A stretch of DNA of 64,000 nt from the human T2T-CHM13v2.0 reference genome, Homo sapiens: the NCBI RefSeq assembly GCF_009914755.1, contig NC_060930.1; one strand, 5' to 3'. Of this stretch, positions 14,876 through 27,820 are shown in pieces (within the stretch, counting starts at the first letter, position 1; each line of letters starts with the position of its first letter). The notes beneath the pieces are model-generated. The model saw only the letters and a program-made list of their open reading frames with translations, was not told the DNA's origin and ran no database searches. The translations under genes and the position numbers were made by a program.

Positions 14876-15039
14876 CTATGGAAGAAAATAAAATGTTGGT
14901 TATTCTGGGAGGATTGTGACAAACAGGCACTGAGAACTGGTTTGGCAGCTGGCCCAGGAGTGTGCCCACTCTGGATGGACCCTCTGGGGGTGTTCTGGTC
15001 TTGGCTGTTTTTATGTTTACCTCTCCACCCCCAGCCCCT

Positions 15040-15875
15040 TTCACAGGCTCAGATCTCAGCTCCATCCCATGCCAACTGGCTAACTGAGCAGGCGACTTCC
15101 TAAGCTCAATTTCCTCATCTGGAAAATGGGACCATGCCACCTGCTCCCAAGGGCTGCCCTAAGGAATATGTGAGGGGCTTTCGCAGCAGCTGGCTCAGCC
15201 CTCTTTCTTTTCCTTCCTCCATGATTGTGGGGGAGGCAAGGAACACACCTGAAAGAGACAAGGGACACTCAGAAGCAATCCATGCACAATCAGCTCTGCG
15301 GTACTCTTCAAGATGTGCTGACTCAGAAGCTTGTTACAGCCCAGAACATTCAAAGGGCCTCCAGTAAGCTAGAGAAGTCATTTCGTGTTTACTATAAAAA
15401 GGAACCTTGAAAGTCAGCCAGTCAACCCTCCTATTTTATGGATGAGGAAACTGAGGCCCAGGTATGCTTTGACTTGTCTCAGTCACTCAGCAAATAATTT
15501 ACAGAGCTGAGAGGAGAATGCGGGTTCACATAAAAGACATTCAAACGAACAGGTTTGCTCACTCAGGGCCAGAAAGGAATCATAGAACAAACAACAAACA
15601 TGTTAAAAATTTATAGATATTAGCTAATGTTTGTACATGGTCTTTACCATGTGACAGGCATTTATTCTAAGTGCTTTATCCCTATTAAGTCAGTCAGTTC
15701 TCTTTACAATCTATGAAGTAGGCAGTACTATGAAGTGCTCGCATTATTTCCCTTCTAAAGATGAGGCACCAATAAGTAATTGCCCAGGGTCACGGAGTTA
15801 GTGAGTTGTGGAGCAAGGGTTTAGATAGAGGTGGTCTTTCAGAATCTATGTTCGTCACCATTATGGTTTACTGCC
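15040..15875. mobile_element. Cluster of three MIR fragments (one +, two -)
   Basis: CTCAATTTCCTCATCTGGAAAATGGG; GATGAGGAAACTGAGGCCCAG; AAGTAATTGCCCAGGGTCAC. Confidence 0.65.
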
Positions 15876-15942
15876 TTGTAACCAGTGTAGCCAGTGGTTC
15901 TCAAAGAGTGGTCCCCAGACCAGCAGCCCTCACATCCCCTGG

Positions 15943-16675
<733 letters not shown>

Positions 16676-17224
16676 TTATTGGGCTGACTCAGACCTAACG
16701 GAGTGGGGCCCAGGGCTGTGTCCCCCAGGTGATTCTGATGGATGCCCAAGGTTGAGAACCACCACCTTCAGTGTTTGCCTTTCTTTCCCTCCAACCCTCA
16801 GAGAACTTTTGCTGGAAGTGGAGAAAAAGGTTAGGAAGATCCACTAGTGAAACTGGAAGTTTCCTGGAGGACACACTTGGACCACTGCTTTTGCATTTTA
16901 ATGAGTATAAGAAATGATCTAAGCTGGGAAGGTGCCATATCGGTATTTCATCCATTTCTTTCTGCAGAAGTAAATTTGGGGCTTATTTATACTTTTCCTT
17001 TCCCCCCCTTGTCTAAGTACCTAGCACAGAATGGAGCATTGATAATCAATAAGCTTTTATGCGGCCCCTCAATGACTTGTGTTCCACACAAAGCTAGCCT
17101 GAATGCAATAGGTCACTGAGGGGTACAGGCTTTCTGGATGGAGACTGCAGTTTGTGCCATGATGAGCTAGTGAAACACTCAAAGCTTGGCCTGCTTTAAT
17201 GCTATTTTCCTGTCCTTCTCACCC

Positions 17225-17405
17225 CCTGCCTTTCTCTCTCTATTCCTTCTCTCCCTCCCTAACTCACTTATTTTTCTTTCTCTTTCTGACTTTCTTTCTT
17301 TCTTTTCTTTCTTTCCCTCCCTCCTTCTTTCTCATTCTTTCTTTTTCTTTCTTTCTCTCTTCTTTCTCTTTCTCTCTTTCTTTCTCCTTCCTTCCTTCCT
17401 TCCTA
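17225..17405. repeat. CT-rich low-complexity polypyrimidine tract
   Basis: Degenerate (TTTC)n/(TTCC)n. Confidence 0.85.
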
Positions 17406-18214
17406 ACATTCCAGCTTCATTATTACCATTATTTTTGAGATGATTAAAAGAAGACACTTGACACTAATTTGGGGAATTAATCTCAAGAGCAGAGATAAAA
17501 ACTTGAATCACGAAAAACAAAAGCAAAAACCCCCAAACCTGGAAAGAAAGAAAGAAGAGATCATGTGCTAACTAGTTGGCTTATCAAACATTTGACTCTT
17601 TTTTTCATCTTGACAGTCACCAGGAAAGCAAATTTGTACTGTAGAATGACCATTGCATATGAGTGAACTCTGGTGTCTACTGGGAAAACCAACACCTAAA
17701 GTGTGCAAACTTGAGTAACCAATTTGAAGGCTTATAGGGGAGTAGATGACTAACAACAAAATAGGATAAGCTGTTTCCAGCTTACAAGAGATGCCCTGGA
17801 AGTGTTAAGGGAATATGCTGAGAGGCACCATGAGATAAGAGTGAAAAATGGAGCCTTATTCAATAAACAGGGTTCAAATCAGAGGTGAGAGGGAGACCCA
17901 TGAGCATAATGAAGTCTGGATGAATAGAAAATAAAATTTACTTTCTTTTACCCTGTTTATTATGTCTCTCCTTAAAATCTTCATCATTCCTTTAAGAACA
18001 GTTGATAAGACGTTAGTTGTAGCATCTTGACAAAGATAAGGATATCTGTAGAATAGCTAAGCAAATTAAACAATGTTATATTAATTTCTGGGGTAAGGGG
18101 TGGTTCTTTCTTAATTTAAAACACTTATTTACATGAATCTAACCCATTGAAATATAAAATCTTTCCAAGCAGATAGCTCATTGGGCCTACTTCCATAAAT
18201 ATATAAAAAAGGAA

Positions 18215-18520
18215 GGCTGGGCGTGGTGGCTCATGCCTGTAATCCCAGCACTTTGGGAGGCCAAAGTGGGCAGATCACGAGGTCAGGAGATGAAGACCAT
18301 CCTGGCTAACACGGTGAAACCCCGTCTCTACTAAAAAAAATACAAAAAAACTAGCCAGGCGTGGTGGTGGGCACCTGTAGTCCCAGCTACTCAGGAGGCT
18401 GAGGCAGGAGAATGGTGTGAACCCAGGAGGCGGAGCTTGCAGTGAGCCGAGATGGCACCACCGCACTCTGGCCTGGGTGAAAGAGCGAGACTCCGTCTCA
18501 GGAAAAAAAAAAAAAAAAAA
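18215..18520 (+). mobile_element. AluY
   Basis: GGCTAACACGGTG and GGAGCTTGCAGTGAG diagnostic motifs. Confidence 0.9.
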
Positions 18521-18732
18521 GAAACAAATGACTATTTGAAATTAAATCCTATCTGCTTTTTAAGGAGGAGGGACTCTCTTAAAGGATGCGTTAGAGAGTA
18601 AACACAAAATGCTGTACTGTTAAAGGAAAAACCTCCCCTTCATTTCACTGAGTCCTTTGATTTTGGATTTGTAGATGAGAGCTCAGAGCTTACTTTGGGC
18701 AGAAGGGCTAGAAGAGTTGAATAGCAGCTCTA

Positions 18733-19188
18733 TGAGATGGCTTGAATGTTTATGTTCCCTCCAAGATACATGTAGAAACTGAATCCCTAATGCCACAGTA
18801 TCAAGGAGTGGAGGCTTTAGGAAGTGATTAGACCATGAGGGTTCTAATAATGGATGGCATTAGTGCCTTATGAAAGGGCCGCAAGGAGCTAGCTGGGTTC
18901 TTCTGACATTCTGTCCCTTCTGCATGTAAGGTCACAGCCTTTGTCCCCTCTTTCAGAGGAAGCAGCATGCAAGGTACCATCTTGGAGGCAGAGACAGAGA
19001 CCTCTCCAGACACCAAACCTGCTAGTGCCTTTATCTTGGACTTCCCAGCCTCCAAACTGTGAGAAATACATTTAAGATGTTTGTAAATTACACAGCATGA
19101 GGTATTTTGTTATAGCAGCATAAATGGATTAAGATATTGGTTACCAGAAGGGGGATGTTGCTACAACAAATACCTAAAAATGTGGAAG
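18733..19188 (+). mobile_element. MST/MLT1A-type LTR plus the first ~50 bp of internal sequence
   Basis: LTR ends GGATTAAGATA at 19136, followed by TTGGTTACCAGAAG...AAATACCTAAAAATGTGGAAG. Confidence 0.8.
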
Positions 19189-19384
19189 GCTGTGTGTTCG
19201 CCCTCCCCTCCTGATTCACATCTTCTGTTTTTTCTGTTTCACATCAGGGCAGTGGAGAAAGCGGAGGAGTAAGGCAGAGAACTGGTCAGGAGGCTGCCTG
19301 TGCCCCCACAACCCCCTCCATGTCTCTGAGCCACCTCAGGTGAAGCTGGAAAGCAGCAAAAGACTGAAATTGGATGAAATTAAA

Positions 19385-20210
<826 letters not shown>

Positions 20211-21117
20211 TCTCCATGCAGGGCATGTGTTAAAGCATCCAGTTGGCAGAGTCTGGAAACATGGCAAACATGCAAAGCCAAATCACCTCGGGAAACCTTA
20301 GCCATAGGAGCCTGGGAGTCTGGGAAGGGTGATTTTTCAGCCTTATGGTCTCTGCCATCTAGAAAGTCTAACCAGAAGAAAATTGGAACTGACAAGGAGC
20401 AAGCCAGTCCACCATCAAGCACACACAAATCACACAGTCCACACATATAGAAAACATAGAAACACAAACATAGAAAGAAATTAGAGGTCAAGAGTAAACA
20501 TTCTAGTCATTCTGATACTTTCTTGCACTGCAATGGGTCCAGGTGCAGGCCTCTCTATGGAGATCACTGTTTAAGATCAGTAATTAAAAACCACATGGCA
20601 ATGCCTCTGTTAGGACACCCTTATGCACAGCAGAGGGCTTCTCTAGATGTTAAGCCGTTTGGACCCAAACACAGCTTCATAAAGTGGGCCTGCCAGGTGT
20701 TATCCCCATTTCTACATGAGGAAACTAAGGCTCAGAGAGGGTACGTTCCTAACGAGCCTGCAGCTTGAGTTCTGGTGTCTTCTTGGCCGCACACTATAGG
20801 GTTGCATGAATATTCTAGAAGTCTCTGCAAAAAAACTGTGGTCTTATATCTGGGTTTTAATAATTGCGTATATCTTTGATTCTCTTTCAACTCAAGGCTG
20901 AATGCTAAGTAAATAGGAAGAAAACTCTTTTGGAACTTCAGGTAAAATATTATCTAACGCTGTAATTCCATAACACTTCATATATTTGAAAGGCTGTGTG
21001 AAGGCAGCCTCTCCTAACTTCTTGATTTGCCTTTCCAATACTAACGAGCACATCAATGGAGGGAGGCAATTTCTGACTTCTGCCATAAAGCAGCCATGGT
21101 ATCAACTTTCATTACTT

Positions 21118-21346
21118 CAAGGATGTCCAACCTTTTGGCTTCCCTGGGTCACACTGGAACAAGGAGAATTATCTTGGGCCACACACAAAATACACTAACA
21201 CTAATGATAGTTGATGAACTAAAAAAAAAAAAAAGTTGCGAAAACATCTCGTAGTGTTTTAAGAAAGTTTACGAGTTTGTGTTGGACTGCATTCAAAGCT
21301 GTTCTGGGCTGCATGTGGCCGGTGGGCCATGGGTCAGACAAGCTTG
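21118..21346 (+). mobile_element. MER30 (hAT-Charlie), full length
   Basis: CAAGGATGTCCAACC...GACAAGCTTG; perfect 8-bp TSD CATTACTT. Confidence 0.9.
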
Positions 21347-21866
21347 CATTACTTTTCTCAATTCAGAGCTGTGAAAACATGTAAAATACAGAGCCTTAAA
21401 ATTTTTTAAGTCATGTAAGCAAATTCTAAAATAGAAAACAGTAGAACAGGTTTGGTTCTGTGCTGGGTAGCCTGTTTCTAAACAGATCATGTGTTTTGAA
21501 AAAAAAAAATACTCCATAGAGATTTAAAAAAAACAAGTTGAAAGACACCCTGAGGGAACTCGGTGACTCAGACTGCAGACAAATAAATTACACCTTTGGT
21601 TCAGACTAATTCTGTGTGCGCTTCTAAAAAAAATATGCAAACAGATGTAAAGAGTTACTTAGGGTTTAATGGGTTTAATGTATTAATCACCATGTTGCAA
21701 AACCAGGATACTAAGCTAGCAAATTTAATTGTGGAAAGAGAATCCAATTGCAGTTTTCATTTATCAGGGAAATATTTACCTCCATTTCCATTGGATTTTT
21801 ATTACACTAATGAATAGTTCTACTTCATTGAGACTTCTGTGTCACTAGAGAAATCAAAATGCTTAG

Positions 21867-22173
<307 letters not shown>

Positions 22174-22719
22174 TACTTTTCACCATGGAATTGGAAAAGA
22201 AACATTTGGGAATCAGCTGGAAAAATGACAACTAGCCCAATGGGGAAAACCCACAGGGACTCAGCAGGTTTGTTCATGCTTCCTGTTTATGTGAAGGAGT
22301 CCCAGATCACCTCCAAAAGAAATCTGTTTTTAAAAAGGAAGGGGATCCAGTGGGGTATTCTCTGCCAGCCTCCAAAGTTATGGAGATGTGGTCAATGCCG
22401 ATACAATATAAGCTTAGAATCACAGGGGCAGGAGAACAAGATCATTCTTAGTCAATTAAAAACGTATTCTCTAGATTACTAATCTTTGCTGGATTCCATG
22501 GAAGAAAACAATACTTTTCTGTGGCCTCAGAGAGCTTAGGTTTTCATCTGAGTTTACCTAGAAGATTCACCATCCTTGTAAGGGAACAGAAAGAGAGAAA
22601 GTAAAAAACAAAAGGATCTCAAGTCTGAGGTTTGACATGTGGTACTCACAGAACATTCCTTTCAGCAGCTGGTGGCCTATTCTTTCTATTGATTAAGAAT
22701 GTGAAGTTTAAAAAAACAA

Positions 22720-22976
22720 AATATATCATTCCATTGTCCCCTGGCTTGCTAGTTTCTGATAAGCAGCCCCTTGCCTGAGACTTTGTTCCTCTGTTTAATT
22801 TTTTTTTTTATCCCCCTCTCTGTCTCTTTTTAACGATACTCTTCTTGTCACTGGTTTTCAGAAACTGGATTACAAAGTGCCCTGGTGAGGTTCTGTTTGT
22901 GTTTACACTATGCGCTTAGGCTGCTTGTTCAGTGCCTTTGATCTGTGGGTTTATAAAACTTGAAACGTTTTCAGCC
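22720..22976 (-). mobile_element. Old L1M fragment (ORF1 region)
   Basis: TTCCATTGTC...TTTCTGATAAG...GATCTGTGGGTTTAT...TTTTCAGCCA. Confidence 0.6.
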
Positions 22977-23464
22977 AAAAAAAAAAAAAAAAGAAGAAGA
23001 AGAAGAAGAGCTTCAGGGTCAGCAAGACTCCAAATCAGGCTGAAAGCTGAGTTAGCAGTGGGATCTTAGAGAAGTTCCTCAAATGGTCTGAGTCTTGATT
23101 TTCTCATTGGTAAACTGGGGATAATAACACCAACCTTGCAGAGCAACTGTAAGGCCTAAATAAACCAGGTAAACGTGGCAAGACAGAATTCTGCAATATA
23201 TTAGCCGAGTTTCTCCCCATATGCACGCTCCTTCCCAACCACAATTTCTATCACCTTTGCCCTCTGTTCTCTCAAAGTGTGTGTGGCCTTCGGGGAGGGA
23301 TTTGTGGGGGATAGCTACAAAAGGGTTAACAGCTCAGCTCTTGAGCTCCAAGTAGGCTCTCCCCTTTCCTGTTCTTAAAAATGTTATTGATATGCAAATA
23401 TAACACCATGCAAATATAAATACTATGCACAAATCTGAAGTGCACAGCTTGATTATGAAATATA

Positions 23465-24430
23465 TGAATGTCTAAACTGAGAGGCCCACAGAATGCCCAA
23501 CACGGTGGATGAGAAAGCACCCTCACTAAAACACACTGCTGAAATATTAAAACACTAATAACAAGACACGGTACTAAAGGCTTCCAGAGAGGAGAAGAAA
23601 AGTTCACATGCAAAGGCAAGAGAATTGGAATTTCATAGGGGCCTCTCAGAGCCATAATGGAAGCCAGAAATTCAGGGGGAAATGACTCTTATCTTACTAA
23701 ATTATCCATCCAGAGAGAGGATGTCTCTCTTGTGAGGCATGATTTAAAAACATCTACTCTCATGTACCCTTTCTTCTGAGTTATTAGAGGAAAATAAAGC
23801 GGTATACCAAGAATGAGGAAGACAGGGGCTCCAGGGAACAGAGCATCCCAAAGCAGACAGAAGCACAGGCCACCTCTGGCAGAGGCATGTGGGGACCAGC
23901 ACAATCTCAGTCTTCTCGGTAGGAGGACTGAAGGCTTAGGAGAGAAATATCCTGGAAAAAGATGGAATGGATCAGTTACCTGATGTGTTTGGTCATGTAG
24001 GTAGACAATAATATTCAGAAAGGTTTTATAATTCTGTTGAAGGATTAAGGAAGAATTAACAACAAACCAAGCAAACAAAAATGATTAGCTATCCAAATGA
24101 TAACTATTAGTGTTACTAGATTATTAGATTCAGGGGAAAAATTAAAATTGTAAGTGAGGAATAAATGAAATCACAGTTCCTGACCATCATACTGTTAAGT
24201 GCAGACTATTGATCTAGTCAGTATTGGGAAGGTGGAGGAGGAGGGACTGCAGACTGAGGGGCTGAGAAGATGCAAGATACTAAATGCTCGTTTTCCATAG
24301 TAAGAAGTCATTGGATGATGTCTAAAATGGATAAATCAAGAAATAATATTTTAATAATATTATTTAGAATTAAGGCTGTAAATACTAGAATGGCAAAGAG
24401 TTAAAAGTGTCCGTTTTCATCACAAGGCTT
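23465..24430 (+). mobile_element. HAL1 or old L1 ORF1-related element
   Basis: GGCTTCCAGAGAG...AAAGTTCACATGCAAAGG...ATGGAAGCCAGAA; later AAGAAGTCATTGGATGATGTCTAAAATGGATAAATCAAG. Confidence 0.55.
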
Positions 24431-25019
24431 GTGGTTCTCTTTGATTTTAATCATGTACATATATTTCTTTGATGATTTTAAAAAATAAGTTGTCGAGGAA
24501 AAGGAAATAGTCTTGAGAGAAAATGCTTTGGATTTGCAAGAGCATAAGCTTGAGAATCTAAAAAGGTTACCCTCTGAGGAGATAGCCATAAAGTTCATGC
24601 CATAAACAATGCATTAGAAAGAGAATCAATGGCTAGCAGCCTGATGCGCCTTTTGGATCTAGATCAATGTCTGAGACAAAGTCGGTGGAGAGGGAACCAG
24701 AGGGGTAGGTCCGGGTGTGGGTAGTGGGTGGACTCCACAGTGCCCCGCCTATCTTTCCACTTTGTAGACCAAGTTGCCTCTGGTGAGAAATGATAATTGA
24801 AGCCTCAGAAGAGTTTCAGAATTTGAGAGTCTGGGGGCCTTGTGTTTCATACCCCAGAAGTTGAATATCACAGCAAAAGGTACAGAGAAGACCTCTGCCC
24901 CTTGGTAGCAGCGGTGGGCACAAGATGGACATGTGGCCAGCGTACGGAGGGTCCCCAAGAACTCGCCTATCTCCCCTGGCCCCAAGAGGCACAGGAGAGC
25001 ATTTGAACACTTCATTATC

Positions 25020-25400
25020 CCCTCTATTAGGTGGTTCCCAGTAGCCCCCAAATCCCATGTGACTTGAAACAATGAGGTTTTGTTTCTTGCTTCTGCTACA
25101 TCTTGTGTCTGTTTCACATTGTCCTCATCCAAAGACCTAGGAAGCCAGAAAAGCCACTGCATACCCCAGACACAGGGAAAGGAAGGTGGAGGCTTACTCC
25201 TCGGTTCTCACAGGCTTCTACCTGGAAGTCACACACATACATTTCTCACCCCTTTGAAGTTAGGCGACCTTATGTCATGTTTTGGCTGATGAGATGTCTC
25301 TGCTAAAGATCTCATCAGCCCAAACATGACATAAGGTCGCCCAACTTCAAAGAGAAGTGTAATCTATGTACCCAGAAGAAGAGAGCTGGAAGTGAGCCTG
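25020..25400 (-). mobile_element. Ancient MaLR-type LTR (MLT1K/L/N-like) hosting the 44-bp inverted repeat
   Basis: GGAAGTCACACACAT...CCCAACTTCAAAG...GTAATCTATGTACCCAGAAG. Subfamily uncertain. Confidence 0.5.
25252..25352. repeat. Near-perfect inverted repeat (44-bp arms, 13-nt spacer)
   Basis: 25252-25295 against the reverse complement of 25309-25352: 42/44 identical, no gaps. Confidence 0.95.
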
Positions 25401-25418
25401 AGTGAGAGCTGGTGAAGC

Positions 25419-26148
25419 TGTGTTCTGAGTTGGTTCCTGCTGGGGGGTTCGTGGTCTCGCTGACTTCAAGAATGGAGCTGCAGACCTTTGTGGTGTTACA
25501 GCTCTTAAAAATGGTAGGAACCCAGTGGTAGCAAGGTTTATTGCCAAGAGCGAAAAGACAAAGTTCCACAGCATGGAGGGTTATGCCAGCGGGTTGCCGC
25601 TGCTGGCTGGGGGGGAGGTGGGGGTTGGGAGAGGGGAGGGGGGGTTGGGAGAGGGGGGGGTTGGGAGAGGGGAGGGGCGGGGCAGGGGGTGGCAAGTTTT
25701 ATTCCCTTATTTGTCCCCTCCCGTGTTCCCTTTCTGTCCTGTCAGAGTGCCCTGCTTTCAATCCTCCCTGCGACTGGCTACTTTTAGGATCCTGCTGATT
25801 GGTGCGTTTTACAGAGCGCTGATTGGTGCATTTTACAGAGCAGTGATTAGTGTGTTTTACAGAGTGCTGATTGGTGCATTTTACAGAGCAGTGATTGGTG
25901 CATTTTACAGAGCACTGATTGGTGCATTTTACAATCCTCTTGCTAGCTACAGAGTAGAGTGCTGATTGGTGCGTTTTTACAGAGCACTGATTGGTGCATT
26001 TTACAATCCCCTGCTTGCTACAGAGAGTTCAATGGCATGTTTTACAATCCTAGTTACAGAGTGCTGATTGGTGTGTTTTACAATCCTCTTGTAAGACAGA
26101 AAAGTTCTCCTCACTCGACCCAGGAAGTCCAGCTGGCTTCATCTCTCA
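25419..26148 (-). mobile_element. Solo LTR12 (ERV9 LTR)
   Basis: GGTTCGTGGTCTCGCTGACTTCAAGAATG, tandem CTGATTGGTGCATTTTACA units, end CAGCTGGCTTCATCTCTCA; 4-bp TSD AAGC. Confidence 0.93.
25793..26082 (-). promoter_or_regulatory. LTR12 U3 tandem CCAAT (NF-Y) array
   Basis: Eight intact ATTGG (CCAAT on minus) in ~23-24-bp units, plus one mutated ATTAG. Confidence 0.8.
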
Positions 26149-27599
26149 AAGCCACAGGCTCCTCCAGGCTGGGGAGAGGAAACAGAAGAACGCATAGGCT
26201 GCTGTGCAAGAGGATGCCAAGCCCTCACATTTCCTGGGAGATGCCAGTGGGGACTGATTCTAGCTCCCAAGGGTGAATCAGGAGAAGCACACCCCGGTGT
26301 GCATGGGAGCAGAGCGGGAGATGACCTCAACCAGACCCCTCTCCCAACAGCTGAATGCTGCCTGCACGTCACTCAGAACATCGACATGCGCTGGGAGAGA
26401 AGGAGTCAGCACTGGATTGGCTGCATTTCACGTGAAATGACTGTCTGGGGAGTCATTGCATTAACTTTTTTGCCTCTGAGCAGAATGGAGGCTTGAGGTA
26501 GAAATGAAATGCAGTTAAAGTGAAAATGTGGCCTTTTTGCACATTTGCGTTTTGTGCCCTGTGACACTAACCTGCTCTGTGTGTAAAACCCACAACGTAG
26601 TGGCTGGCAGGGAGAAAATGTCTTGTCTGGAGAGGTGGCCGCTAAGGCTGTTCTTCATTCCCTTTTCTACTCTAAAATTGGTTCTTGTCCCACAGCTTCC
26701 AGGCTGAGCACTCAAGATACAGTAGCCAGGTCTTTAGGGAGAGGAGATGGTGCTGGGAACATACTTCTATTGTTTGTGGCATAAAGCTGGAAAGCCCGGT
26801 GAGATGCAGTTGTCCACACCCTTGAAGCTTGGAGACCTGAGCACCCTCCTGCCCTGTGCTTTGTATCCATCACCTTGAAAAACACTTTAACCACTGACAT
26901 TGCAAAAGTATCATGTGTTTGATCTCACACTCCCGAGTGAAAAAGTGATTCCTGCCTGTCTACTTTCTGAACACAGAAGGAGACATTAAGGAGTGGTGTC
27001 TCCCTTCAGGACATGGTGTGGACAACGCTGGTAGGAGGTAACCTCCAGAGGCCGAGTGACAAGAACACTGATGCAGAAGCTAGCTCTGGTCCTGTCTGCC
27101 ACCGCCTGGAGGGGTGGCCCTAGGTAAACCCTGACTTCCTCTGGAGCTTGATTTGCTCATCTGCCACACCAGTGGCTTCGACTGATGGCCTCCCAAGGTC
27201 ACTTCTGTTTTTAACATTTGGGTCATTTATGGCCACAGAGACCCAGGGAAAGGGAGGCAAAAGCAGAAGAGGAAACAGAAATGAGAGAGGAGAGAAGGGA
27301 AAGGAGAAACTGAAGAGAGAACAAGAAAGAGGAAAAACAGGAGAAGACAGAAGAAAAGCCAGTGCTGTATTTGTTGAGAATAAAGGACCTGCCTTGACTT
27401 TCTAAATCCTTAATGGAGGTTTATTAAATGCCAGAACCACGGCAGAGTGAAGAGGCCTAAGCAATGCATCTCAAAATAGAAGGTTCGGTATTTATTTGGA
27501 AGACAGTAATTTCATTTCCAGGGAGAATTTTCAGTAAAAAGGTTTACATGGGCCATTAAATTCTTATCTTTCAATGTATCTGCCTTAAAGCTGTAAAAA

Positions 27600-27820
27600 T
27601 AATAACAATGTCTTGTATTTCCCATGAGCCAGCACTTTCAAAGGACATACAGTACCTAACTCAGTCCTCACAACAACATTGTGAAGTAAACACCGCTGAA
27701 ATCCTGTGTATGTGTATGCACACTGACTCAGTGAGGTTGTCATTTGTCCAGCGAGGAACACCAAGATTCAAACCGAGCTCAGTTATATTCAAAGCCTGAG
27801 AGTCCCAGGGCTTTCCACTG
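27600..27820 (-). mobile_element. MIR
   Basis: TCCTCACAACAAC...GATTCAAACCGAG. Confidence 0.55.

Noticed and set aside
17186-17443. Hydrophobic F/L/S ORFs resembling membrane proteins
   Set aside because: Translation of a CT-rich low-complexity tract.
25793-26082. Regularly spaced ~23-bp repeats resembling a CRISPR array
   Set aside because: Contiguous tandem units without unique spacers, inside a eukaryotic ERV9 LTR; no cas genes.
25525-26276. ORFs with repeated LIGAFYRA
   Set aside because: Translation of the LTR12 U3 tandem CCAAT units.
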